A stretch of 64,000 nt of DNA from Octopus bimaculoides (taxonomy: Eukaryota), in the NCBI RefSeq assembly GCF_001194135.2, contig NC_068988.1, positions 13,616,762-13,680,761 on the forward strand, written 5' to 3'. Positions 38,895 through 51,450 of the stretch are shown here, one piece after another. The translations under genes were made by a program, and so were the position numbers. The stretch's first letter is position 1, and the number at the start of each line of letters is the position of its first letter. The notes below the pieces were generated by a model, which was given only the letters and a program-made list of their open reading frames with translations, was not told the DNA's origin and did no database searches.

Positions 38895-39120
38895 CTTATT
38901 TCTTTATTGCCCACAAGGGGCTAAACATAGAGGGGACAAACAAGGACAGACAAAGGGATTAAATCGATTACATCAACCCCAGTGCATAACTGGTACTTAA
39001 TTTATCGACCCCGAAAGCATGAAAGGCAAAGTTGACCTCGGTGGAATTTGAACTCTGAATGTAACTGCAGATGAAATACCGCTAAGCATTTCGCCCGGCA
39101 CGCTAATGTTTCTGCCAGCT
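38895..39120 (-). mobile_element. Young family D SINE with an alternative 3' end
   Basis: D head and core retain many CpGs; the 3' part (cccctctatgtttagccccttgtgggcaataaagaaataag on minus) differs from the other D copies. Confidence 0.85.
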
Positions 39121-39274
39121 TTGAAGTATTTTCTGGCTTATAAGATATGCATGGATGTGTACATTCATTTGGGAGACAACTGAATTCTTTCTTTTATTGT
39201 ATATCACCTGAATGAACTTACAAAGCAAGAGACTTGGAGAGGTAATGAAGTGAATTAACAGTTTTGAACAAATA

Positions 39275-40576
39275 TAAGGTTGGTCCAAAAAGAAACTGGA
39301 CATTTAAAATAGTATGCCAAACAGTTGGAACAGCATGCACCCAACTGCAGTGCTATGTATAGGGAACTTTGACCTTCTGTCTAATAATAGCCATAATCAC
39401 AGTATGTTCAGTCATTGATCTACACATATACTTGAGTAAATGTATGTATGTATAGTGCACTTGATTTAACACAAGTTGAACAATGAAGGAATTTAAAGAG
39501 TAACAGTTTGAGTGAAATTCTGTTTGATATTGAAGAAAGAACTTTTACAAAGTCTTTTCTAATGTTGCAACAAGTCTATAAGGAGGATTGTTTGAGCTGT
39601 GAAATGTTATGAGTGGTATTAGCATTTCAGTTTGAGGGGAAATGTCTACCAAAGTTGATCCCAAATCTGAGCAATTTTCCAAGATAAGAGATCATCACAT
39701 TATGCTGTCATTAGTGAAAATCTTGACCCAACTGTCTATGAAGTTTTCAAAGAAGTAAATACCTGTAAAAATTCATGCCACATGATTTTAAAAGAAAAAC
39801 TGAAGATTCATTGTGTGGTGTAAAAAAATGGTGTTGAACAAAAAGAGAACTGAATCACAGTCAGTCAGGATTGTTTGAATGCTGATGAAAACTTTCTAGA
39901 AAGTGTTATAACCAGTAACAAAAAGTGAGTGCATGGTTATGATGTCAAAACAAAAAGCAGTTACTGCAAGTAGATTGGATTGTCACCGTATGACAGTAAT
40001 GCCTGTCAGAATCACTCAAATGTGAAGATGATATTGACTATCTTTTCTTTTTGATTGAAACAGCATTAATCATTTCGAATTTGTTTGGAGTGGGTAAGAT
40101 GAACAATAAAGAGTTTTACTTGGATAACCTGAGATACTTGAGAGAGACAGTGTGAACAAAAAGACTTGAAGCATTGAGAACCAAACCAGATGCTGCACCA
40201 CAACAGCACAACTGCTCACAGGACACACTTTATTCATGACATTTTGGCAAAGTATAAGATGACTCTTGTCTCCCAGTCATTTTACTTTAAATTTGGTACC
40301 TGTGCTCTTATTTGTTCCTGAAGTTAAAATCTATCCTGAAAGGACATCAATCTGAGATGACAGAAAAAAATAAATCAAAGAAAATTCACTTTGAGAACTG
40401 TGCATTACTTCTGGGAAAGCATTGTAGATGGTATTCTAAAAGTGGAAAAATACACTGGAAGTAGTCTATCAAAAGTGCATGGAGGCATTTTGAAGGAAAC
40501 ATGTCTGATTAAATTGTAAGTAGAGCAATGAATTTGTCTTTTTTAAAAAGTTAAGTTTCTTTTTGGACAGACCTTG
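39275..40576 (+). mobile_element. Full-length degenerate Tc1/mariner (mariner-type) transposon
   Basis: TIRs TAAGGTTGGTCCAAAAAGAAACT (39275-39297) and reverse complement CAAGGTCTGTCCAAAAAGAAACT (40554-40576), 20/23 identical; TA on the left; ~1.3 kb. Transposase relics FLESVITSNKK*VHGYD, SNVKMILTIF, MLHHNSTTAH, LKLKSILKG, HFEG. The first two catalytic Asp positions read Asn. Confidence 0.92.
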
Positions 40577-40580
40577 TGTA

Positions 40581-40634
<54 letters not shown>

Positions 40635-41233
40635 TACACGTTATACATTTCTAATCTTGAATGATTCAAATAGAAAATTATACAAGCTCTTATATGATAC
40701 AATCCAACAAAGCCAAACATTACTCATTGAGAATTTGTTATTATAAAAACATGTAAGGAATGACAATAAATTCATCACTGTTTTAACTGCCAACTTGGTG
40801 GATTTTATGGTGCAATTGTGATTAAGAAATTACGTCAAACCTTTGAAGACTGAGTAATTATATTTGAGAAGATACATGTTCAAAATAAATGGCCAAATGC
40901 CAGCATAGAAAAATTGGCTGCAAAACTGGTGTGTGTGTGTGTGAATAAGAGAGAGGGGGGAGGAGAGGTAGAGAAAAAAATGGGATGGAGATGCAAATTA
41001 GAAGAACTGTTATCAATTTTAATAGAGCTTTATTTTTGACAATTATACTATTCTGTGCTATGTGAGCTCAGCAAACTAAGTGCAAACATACAATGGTCAT
41101 AACTGCTTGTCTTATACAATATTTACTTTATCATCAACCCATTCAAAATTCAAGAAATTGTGAACTCTGATCAGTTTAAAGTATTTAATTATTAATACAA
41201 GGGCTTGTTAGATCATTAATGAAACTGTAGGTG

Positions 41234-41409
41234 CCATAATAGATGGCATATAAAACACTCACTTAAAAAAAAAAAAATTTTAATCAACCTGGGCCCCTCA
41301 TGAGAAGTTGAGCCTCACTTAATGCATTAAAAACTTTTTTCTGAATATGCACTGCTGAAATTAGGGTGTGTCTAATATGCCCATGCATCTTTTATGCCAT
41401 CAAATATGA
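41234..41409. mobile_element. Probable Tc1/mariner-superfamily (pogo/Tigger-like) MITE
   Basis: Imperfect ~25 bp TIRs sharing GATGGCATA / TATGCCATC; internal ttagggtgtgtctaata-like motif; TA after the right end. Confidence 0.45.
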
Positions 41410-42659
41410 TAATCTAATTTCAAGAATAATTTGTTTTTGCTCTCAATGGATTAGCATTTAGGATCTTTAGAATATCATTTTAAAATAATTTCTGTTATTT
41501 GCTAATATTTTTTCTACAAATACATCATAATTTAAAATCATAGGGGAACAGATTTTCAAGCATTATGATATTACAAATATATTATTTAGAGTACCATTGC
41601 AAAATATATCCCAATATCTTATCTCAAACACCAGATACCACAAGCAGCCAAACACCATAGTAACATAGTAATTGATTATGACATGGAAATTGTAGTCTGT
41701 TATAGATAACATGCAAGAAACAATTTTACAGTAATTCATGAAAGAATTAGATATGACTGGCAGCATATAAGTTGTAAAAAAAACATCTGCTTCTTTGCCT
41801 GTAGCTCATATTACTTAGTATGTAGGAGGCACTCACTGCAAGACTGTATTAGGAGTAGACAGAAGCTGTTGTATATTGACAAGTACATTAGATGTTTGTT
41901 AGGGAATGGATGTATATACCTTGACTAAACTTTATAAAAAGATAGTTTAGAAGTCTACTGTATAATATTACACAATATTTATTTTATGTCAAAAGTCTGA
42001 TTAAAATAAATAAGTTGTCATAAATGTTTATCTTCCAATGATTAAATATGTAATTTGTTTTTATATTTTTCCTGAGTAAAACTTTCTTAGTATTTATGGA
42101 TTTAAAATATATTTACCAGTACTATTGATTTTTTTTTTTTTTCAGTAATCACATAAAAGTAATATTTATAGGGTGGAAGGTATAGTCTATGAAACTGACC
42201 TCCAAAACCAATAATTTTATTTTAATGACACAAGAAAAATTATTTTATTGATACAAGTCAACACTGACAAGTTATGAATTCAGAAACTAAATATTAAGTG
42301 TTATTCCATCACCTTTCGATTTCTTCCTACTCATTGAAAACTTTAACATTATCTTTCCTTTAGCGCTATGATTAAAAAAAACAGAGCCTTAAGATTTGCC
42401 AGTGGAAAACATCATGAATCTCATTTCTATCATCATTATATTTACCAACATTGTATTTAGTATTTGTCCTCTGATGATATTGATTGAGAAAGTTTACAGT
42501 GCAGCATATATCCAATCTTCTCAATCCTGCATCATCATCTCTTCTTCAGATCAAACATTTCTGACATCATATCTTTCTTGGTTTGCTTTATGAGGAATTG
42601 TATGTATGTATGTTGTTTTGTCTTAAGCCTTAGGACTCATCCTAACATTCCTCTTGAAT

Positions 42660-42801
42660 AGGACACTGGTCCATTGCTGGTTTATTCAGTTAGAGCTGAG
42701 TGAGCTGGAGTTATGTGAGATGAAGTGCCTGGTCCAGGAATTGACACTGTAATTCAACAATTGTCAGTGCAACACCCTAATTACTAGGCCACATGTCTTC
42801 A
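42660..42801 (-). mobile_element. Degenerate family E SINE
   Basis: gagctgagtgagctggag...ggtccaggaattg...caccctaattactaggcc. Confidence 0.65.
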
Positions 42802-43107
42802 CTCATGGGCAATTAACCAATAATGATTCACAACACTATTTTACCTAACTTGCATCATCATTTCCCATTATGTACTCACATACCAAGTACCACTTGCACA
42901 CACATCAAATATCTTTGACATTAAGCCATTTTCTCAATTCATTTGCACTGTTATGTAAATTAACATGTTATCCCCAATGAATCACCACAGTTTGTCTCCA
43001 ACTGCTACAGGCCTTCCAGACTCAAGTCTCACCGCTAAGCACTCTATTCATTCCTTACTAAAACTGGTAAAAGAGGCATCCAACTAATTTAGGAAAGTAG
43101 CAATGAT

Positions 43108-43190
43108 GCATCCAACCCATGCCAGCATGGAAAGCAGATGTAAAATAATGATTATAATGATGAAGATGATGACGACGAGGCTGATAATGA
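43108..43190 (+). mobile_element. Isolated retroposon 3' tail
   Basis: catccaacccatgccagcatggaaagcagatgtaaa followed by (GAT)n-like repeats. Confidence 0.75.
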
Positions 43191-44200
43191 CATCTACTGC
43201 TCTTTAAAGAATATCTCAAAAGAATTTTTAATCACTATCAGGTTTGGTAAAACTATCGGAAATGTGTAATTAATTTTCTTAAATGGCTAAAATCCTCAAG
43301 AGGTTTAGTGTGCAACATATTTTTATGGTGTTAAATTGACAAGAGATAAATCTGTACATGATACTAGTCTATTGCTTATGACATTCCCACAAGTTGTGGT
43401 CTCTGTCAGATTTGTAGGGGAGTAGAACCAGCATAGGACTCGGTAAAATTTCTGCAGGGGATTTAAACTAAATACTTAAAAGGCTGGTAGTTGAAGATGT
43501 TATCTATTTAAACATTTCACCTTTACAGTGTTACATCATACATAAACTGAATAATTTTGTCATTTGATTTTATTCTCTCAAAATAACTTTGCTATAAATA
43601 CTTTTAAATTCTATTGTCATTTCATAGTTGATGGACGAATATCTTTCTATTTGCTAATATTTTGATTGTTGAAAGTTTATTGCATTACCAAATATTAGTT
43701 ATTTGGATTTACTTGTGCCACATTCTTGGCAACATCATCTTTTAATTTCGACTAGAATTTCATTTAACTGTAATTAGACCCCAAAGCGTTGAAGTACTAT
43801 TTAATATTCTGGCATTAAAAAATTTCCAACAGCAGGCATCAACCATAATCAAGAGTTTTATTTGTTAAATGTGATTAAATGATAAAATGTTTCTCTAAGA
43901 GTTTATAAGACTGGGTTAAAACTAAGAATTCTCTAATATTATCTTTTAATCATTCTTTGGTGAAAAGCTACATCGAAAAGGGTAAATATTTTATCTCCTC
44001 GTAGGCATACTAACTTTTTATTGAGCTGGCTCGGGATTACAAATAGGCCTTTTTGTAGATGCTTGATGTGCTAGATTAGCAGGTAGTGTACTCCTAAATG
44101 CACTATATCTCAGATAATGTACTCCTAAATACACTAGATCTTGAATAGATGAGGTAGGTATGGGTGGAATGCTTTTGATCATAGTTTAGATGGATTAGAG

Positions 44201-44759
44201 AAGAACAGGAGATAAAAAAAAAAGAACAACTGAGGTGACTCTTGCGAATGCAGAGCACCGTTAACCTTCTTGAATTCTATTATTTTATTTACTTGAAAAC
44301 ATATAGACTCATTAAAAATACAGAGAATTGCAAAATATCTGTACATAAGGAAAATAACCAGATAATTATTTCATATGTAAATAATTAAAGGCAAGTAAAG
44401 AAACAAATTGACAAAGGTTACTCTATCCTTCTGACATATGAACTCAAGCATTATTGTAATGCAAACTGCATTGCATGTCTGGAAATATTATTACCACTCT
44501 GTTTACTGTTGAAAAATACCTGACTATTCATACTTGTTGAACGAATAAAGCACAAGTGTGGCAAAGAAGTTTGCTTCCCAACTACCTGGTTTTGGATACC
44601 TTGGATATCTGTGTGGCACTTTGAGCAAGTACCTTTTACTATAGCCTTAGGCTGACCAAAACCTTGTGAGTAAATAAAATAATAGAATTCAAGAAAGCTA
44701 ACAGTGCTCTGCATTCACAAGAGTCACCTCAGTTGTTTTTGTTTTTTTTTCCTGTTCTT
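44201..44759. repeat. Long inverted repeat
   Basis: 44225-44293 and 44669-44737 are reverse complements (69 bp, 4 mismatches), extendable to AAGAACAGG / CCTGTTCTT across A/T runs; 375 bp spacer. Confidence 0.95.
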
Positions 44760-45007
44760 AACCCCTTATCATTTAGATTACTCTGTCAAAAGTAATGGTT
44801 ATTTATTCAGTGTTTTCAATTAATCATGCATTACTTCATAGTTTTGAAATTTTTATGTGATTGTTTATTTATGGAGTGACATTGTAGGATAGGCGCAAGA
44901 GGTCAGTTCTGGCCAGTTTGTACATAAAACATGTAGAGTATTTGTGCCAGATATAGTTGGTTTAAATGCTAAAGGGTTAAAGAAGCCCAAAGCATGTGTA
45001 TATCATT

Positions 45008-45045
<38 letters not shown>

Positions 45046-45266
45046 TTTCTGTGCTTGTCTTAAGATTGTGTGATTGTTGTAAATAATTGTCATTCATTTC
45101 CAATATTCTGCAAAAACATGCCTGGCCATGGGAAAATATTAGTTTGCTTGGAAACTAGTGAGGGTTGGTGACAAGAAGAGCATCTGGCCATAGAGTACCT
45201 GTCTCAAACTCCATCTGACATATGCAAGCATAGAAAAATGGGTGTGAAAACAATAATGATGATGAG
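44548..45266 (+). mobile_element. Family C SINE interrupted by an inverted-repeat arm and a G MITE
   Basis: Head 44548-44670 stops at gtgagt; it resumes at agaagccc (44981), then (TG)n, C body and tail. Confidence 0.75.
44758..44980. mobile_element. piggyBac-type MITE, family G
   Basis: TTAA-CCCCTTATCATT ... AATGCTAAAGGG-TTAA. Confidence 0.85.
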
Positions 45267-45267
45267 T

Positions 45268-45489
45268 AGGTGCAGGTATGGCTGTGTGGTAAAATGCTTC
45301 CTTCCCAACCACATGGTTCCAGGTTCAGTCCCACTGCATGGCACCTTGAGGAAGTGTCTTCTACTATAGCCTCAGGNNNNNNNNNNTCTTCTACTATAGC
45401 CTCAGGCCCACCAAAGCCTTGTGAGTGGATTTGGTAGACAGAAACTGGAAGAAGCCTGTTGTATATATATATTGTCAAGCAGTGAGTGG

Positions 45490-45525
<36 letters not shown>

Positions 45526-45653
45526 TGGGCTTCTGCACAGTTTCTGTTCATCAAATTCACTCACATGATTATAGTTAACGTGGGGCTGTAGTAGAAGACA
45601 CTTGCCCAAGATGCCATACAGTGGGACTGAACGTGAAACCACATGGTTGAAAT
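45268..45653. mobile_element. Two family A SINE heads in inverted (tail-to-tail) arrangement
   Basis: Plus head 45268-45471, (CA)n 45491-45522, minus head 45522-45653; contains a 10-N gap. Confidence 0.85.
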
Positions 45654-46000
45654 TAATAATAAGGTGAAACCACATTATGAAATTAATCAATTAGTGAAAA
45701 CTCAAGTTAAAGGAGGTTCTAAAAGCCACAGAATATTGCTGTATTATTATATCTGTTCTAAAAATATTTTGTTCACAACAGCATAGTTCTGAGTTTTATT
45801 TACCTGCTCTCTATTTCACAGAATCCACTGTCAACTTATTCACTTGACTGAATTAATGCAACAAGACATTTGATTTATCATTTCACCATAACATACTTTT
45901 CGGATAGCTGCACCTTGGAACAAATTCTCATTGCTGGCACATCTTCATACACATTAATCATATATATATATATGACTACTGTAGATATCAAATATATCTG

Positions 46001-46044
<44 letters not shown>

Positions 46045-46699
46045 CATTACTTTTGACTGAACTCAAAGCCATTTTATGAAAAGGGGAAGAAAGAATTCAG
46101 TGGGGAGTGAGGGTTAACTCCCATGGCTATATAACCAGATTAGTCTTAAGCTAATGTTTTTTTTTTTGTCAATATCAGCTTAATTTTAATTGGTTAAAAT
46201 TTTTTAGATCAATACATTAACTATGCTAGAGCTCACATTTTAGTAAATGTTTTTCATGCATGAATCCTTGGGTATTTTCCATAGTAGTTTTCATAGTATA
46301 ATCAAAACCAGGAATAGGTGGAAAAGTAAAAATGCTTAACTTCAAGACAAGATACATACTTAATTATAACAGTAATTTGGTATATTTTTCTAACATGAAG
46401 ATATTAGTAAGGAGAGATTAAGGCTTAGAATTCCTAAAAGAAAATTGTCATGACTTAAAAATTTAGAGCTAATGTGTTGTCTGTCTTTTCTAAATTAGTC
46501 TTTATTCAGTCTATTTGGTTGGCAGTAGGTGATGTTTCACATTCTAGTAGTTAACTTTAAGAAGCAGATCCAGTTAAAAATATATGTTCTAACAATAATA
46601 AGAAAATGATTAGATTAGAAATCAAGAAAAAAAAGAAAGCATGTATATAAATATGAAAAATGAATGTAGATTGTCTCAAGATAAGTTATCACACAGATA

Positions 46700-47250
46700 C
46701 AGCCAGTCATATATCAATGATTTATGAATTGAGCATGTTCAGAAACTTATATGATTACATATCTAGCTAATGCTATTTCATCTGTGTTAAGCTGGTTGTC
46801 TAACAGTTTAGTAGTTAGAACCAATGATCTTGGCATTGAAGAAAAGAATGGAAAACATATATTGTTCACTATATTTTCTTTTCCACATCTTATTTTTTAG
46901 TATCAACCAGATTTGTTTGATATAAAGAGAAGTACTTGGTGGCACTGGAAGTTAAGTAAATATATAAAAGATAATAAAGTTGGTTTCTATTGAACTATAA
47001 TAGCGGTAGGTAGATATTTACTTTCGTTTTTTTTAGAACATAGAAATGCAGCAGATCTTAACAGATCCATAGAAATATTTTTAAAAATCTAAGAGGAAAC
47101 TTTGATTTTGATTGGTGATTTCAATATGCAGAGAAATGTTCAACTAACAGAAGAAAAGTTAGTTAAAATGCAACTAGTCATGAGCAATAAAGTAAATTAT
47201 AAACTCCATGTTAATCTATTTAGTGAGCAATGTGCAATATTTTAATACTT
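46700..47250 (+). mobile_element. Decayed LINE AP-endonuclease remnant
   Basis: TTG ATT TTG ATT GGT GAT TTC AAT ATG = LILIGDFNM at 47102-47128; upstream ETY (ETW-like) and GG relics in the expected order. Confidence 0.65.
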
Positions 47251-49199
47251 TTAGCTATATAGTTTCTTTAACATAAACATCTGGGTATCTTGAAAAATAA
47301 AACGAGTTTAAAGGATGACAAAATTTTTATATCAGAGTGCTTTTTTTTTTAAAAAAGAAAAAAGTAAAAACAAAAATAAAAATAACATGTAGAATTCCAT
47401 TTGATGGTTCAAGATCTAATTTTATTAATTTTTTTCTTTATTTCATCAGGTAGAGCAGAAGTGTTACATGAACCACATAAAATCAATGATTTGTATTGAT
47501 ATATTTGGCAAGATAAAGGTTTGTCCTATCTCATATTAGGAATACACAAAAATTACTTTTAAGTTAATGGCTGGGGGAAAAAAAAAAAAATCAACAAGTT
47601 CATATTGATGACTACATAAACAAAAAAAACTTTAAAAATAAATTAAGTTGTAGTTAATAACACAGAAGAGCTGTATTTCTTTTTGAATATAGGCAACTCT
47701 AAGCAAACAAATAAATAAAATGGAGTTACAAGCATAGACTTACTAATTTACCCATCTGTTCATAAAAAAAAAGACATTTTATTCAGAACAAATATTTACT
47801 TTGGGATATTCAAGTTAAAAAAAACGAAAATAATGTAAATGATTTTATTATAAAACATTATCAAATCTGAAAATGGTGAAAACAATTTTAATATCCTTTA
47901 ATAAAAATATGAATTAGTGTGTTTAACACCTTAATGGGCAATTTAATACAGAGGCTAATAGAAAGTAACAAACAGTAACATTTACTAAAGTAATCAATTT
48001 TCAAGAGGAACAACTTTCAGAAACAGGAAAAACAAACTGAATTTCATCTAAGCATTTCTTGCCTTTGAGAAATCAATAATATACAATCTGAATAGGATAC
48101 ACGTTCATTCTAGAAGAAACAGAAACAGCTGTACTTAAACAATCAATGCTTGGAGGATGATGTGGAAGGAGGGGGTTGCATCCATAGGAAATATTGGCAT
48201 TTCCGGATCATACAATAAATAAATATATAGAACTACAAAAACTAAACAAAAAAAAAAAACCTGAAGGCGTAATTTTTGAACTTGAAACTTCAAAATGCTG
48301 ATGATAATCATTAAGTAAACTTATCTTCTAATTGTTACATAGTTACTATTCTGTCAGTTGTTGTTTACTAATGTACTTAAAGGTCTGAGTGTTTTAGTAT
48401 GGCTCAAACAACAAAATCTAGGCTCAAATTTCCAATTGTTTAATTATGCTAATTTTGTTTGTTAAGAAGCTGACACATGATAGAGTCATATTTCCAAGGT
48501 ATCTCTTACAATTCATTAACATACTTGAAATAAGATTGTACCCACACACCCACCTTATTTTTTATGTTTTGTCGTCTTTTTTTTGTGATTCATTTTATGA
48601 GGAAAATAATAGCAAACCCTGCACTTTGCATCAAGCAGAGAATAAAGCATATTTCAGAACTGGGCTTTTTTTCTTTTTAATGGCCTAGTCAAAAGATGAA
48701 GGACATCACAGATGACTCGTTTTGGGGTCTCCAAATCCAGTAAGAGGAAATAGAGAAATCTGAATGGAAACATGACTTGAATGCTTGCAACAGAATTTAA
48801 ATGAGAGGAATTAAGTCTATCTTTAAAGATGCCATCCCACCACTAAGTCAACAAATTCCAAAATACTACTAACACCTAAAACATACTATTGAATTCAGGT
48901 TACATATTATCATAAGAATACACAGTAATACTCTCACAGCATCGTAAACTTCAAGTGAATATTAAATATTTTGAGACTATTCTTTACTTGTGTAGCAACG
49001 TATTAAAATACACAGAAAAGAGCTGCAAAACTATCATTAAGAATTATAAAGAAATGGTTAATAACTAAAGCAATTCTACATAAATGTAACCACCATTCCT
49101 TAGAGAGAAAAGGTAAAGATGGCTAGACTAGTTGTTTTGAAAAGGTAAGTATACTGTTACAAAGCAGTCATTAGTGAAAATAGCTAATGAAAGCATATT

Positions 49200-49540
49200 T
49201 TTAATGTAGCTAAATGACATGATAAAAGTAGTAGTTAGACATAACGAGTAACATGAACAGTGTCAAGGTGTTTGGTGAATCAATGAATACAATACTGTAT
49301 TTAAAATAATAACAGATCAGTAATAGTGAAGAATATTTGAAGGTATTGTCACAGTAAGGACAAGATGCTTAATGGCTTATAGTTCTTCATCAAATAGAAA
49401 AGTCTGCAAACATAGTACAGGAGTCGTTTTCAGTCATAAAAAAAAGAAGGGAAGATCAAGAAGAACCTGTCAAAAAAGCTCTCATGAGTGACTTGTAAAT
49501 TGGAAAGGAACAACTGATAATCTCACAGACCTCTTTAAGG
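49200..49540 (+). mobile_element. Decayed RTE-like RT C-terminal remnant
   Basis: KKGRSRRTCQK resembles the GKRxRGRPxxTW motif. Confidence 0.4.
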
Positions 49541-50099
49541 TCCTGTGCTTAACTATAATTAAAATGGAAGACATACCAGCCTGATGTGATGCTAGTCTAT
49601 CATAGGTAATATCCCAGTATCATCTGATACTTATTTCCATAAACTAGATGAATTAAGACATAGAGAATAAGTATAAGTATACTACTGAAATACACATTAA
49701 ACAATGTCATCCTTGTTAGTGTTAAAAATCAGAAGGGAGAGTATTTACTGACTAGGTTAAGTCAGTGTAATAAAACTACAGCAATTTTGCAATTACAATG
49801 TCAGTAGTTATTTTAAAAAATAAATAAAATGATATATAAAGTTACATTAATTTATCAAATAAACTGATGTCAATCAATATTGACTATTTTAAAACAAAAT
49901 ATTAACCTTCACTAGATATAGATTTAACCCAAATTTTCCAATAATCAAATCTGATAGAATGTAGTAAGGAGATTTGGCTAGAATTTCTAGCAAACTGACA
50001 ATCACATAGATGTTCCTGCATTATCTAAATTTTCAAAGGTAATAATACTGGATAATATTTACTGAAAACAAGTCAATACTACACTTCCTCAGTTGGGTG

Positions 50100-50315
50100 G
50101 GCTTGCAACTTACTTGATAACCTCACTTGCTGGTGCAATGTAAAAAGCTCCCCATAGCACTCTATGAAGTGACTGGCATTAGGAAAAGCATCCAGCCATA
50201 GAAACCATACCAAAGCAGTCACTGGAGCTTAACACAGTCCTCTAATTTGTTGGTTCCTGCCAATCTATCCAACATACCAGCATGGAAAACAGATGTTAAA
50301 TGACACTGATGAAGT
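50100..50315 (+). mobile_element. B-module retroposon 3' end
   Basis: gctggtgcaatgtaaaaagc...ggcattaggaaaagcatccagccatagaaacc...ccagcatggaaaacagatgttaaatg. Confidence 0.8.
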
Positions 50316-51179
50316 CACTGATGTCATTTCAGGTTTTAAAATATGCTATATAAACGTTATAAAAGTTATCTAGAATAGTTGAGGTCCAGCAAGAATACTT
50401 TCTAATATACAATATTACCGTCACTATTATAAGAGATACCAGGTCTAAGTAATTTTTTACTCTAAAGTTTATATCCACTAGAAGCATTTCCTAGTGGTTT
50501 TGGACAAACTATTCAATCCTATTTGCATAAGCCATCAAGTATAATTAAAAAACACCCTTATCATCAAGATTGCTTTTACTATTAGGTGAATTTATAAAGT
50601 AAAACAGATTCATTAACAAGATAGAGGCACACGGTTCTTTCAATGGCTTTTTTTGACATCTAAATTCTAAAGGATTCTTTTTCTTGCACATGCGTAAATA
50701 ATCTGTTTCTTGTTTGCAAAACTATATACAATCACATGGTTCCTGTTTTAATAACTTTGCATATCTATTAACAATTAAAGTTTGAATCATCCATTCCAAC
50801 TTAAACGACAAATGAGTTATTTATGTGTATTTAGAAAAATATCATTTTAACAAAATATAAGCATGACCTCATAAAATCTGGAAAAATATTTATAACCAAT
50901 AAAGTTAGAACAAAGCAATTTTCCTTTTTTGTTAATTTTTTACAAGTTGGTTTGATCTGGCTGGTTCTGATATGATTTCCTGTTGTAATTTGGAAGATAG
51001 GACTAACCACAAAAATCCAATCATATGAATATCAATTAAATCTATTTCTTAAGAACCCCTAACATTAATACTCATCCACTAAAATATTCTTGTATTTTCT
51101 TTTAAACTTACAGCTCTTAAATCATCAGTAGCAGCATAAGATAAGCAGTATGTTTGATGCAAAAATAAATTTTCAAACA

Positions 51180-51450
51180 CATCAACATTATTTTATACAT
51201 GTCTTCTCTTCTGGTATGGGTAAGACAAGTCATCAAAGTCCGAATCAGTTCTTATTTCAAATTACTGCCCTCGTTGATGGATCAGAGAACCATGTCTTAC
51301 TTGTCCATTTCAATTTTAGCTTCATTTCATTGAATGAATGCCATTCCTATTAACCAACCACTTTACAGAGTGTATTGGTTGCATTTTATTGAGTCATCAG
51401 TACTAGAGAGGTTGTCGTATCTTTGACAACGCTGAAGAATCCTCTCAGTC
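51180..51450 (-). mobile_element. Degenerate B-module retroposon
   Basis: aaccactttacagagtgta and a degraded tail at the left end. Confidence 0.55.

Noticed and set aside
45357-45406. 20 bp direct repeat flanking a 10-N gap
   Set aside because: Same assembly artefact; not a TSD.
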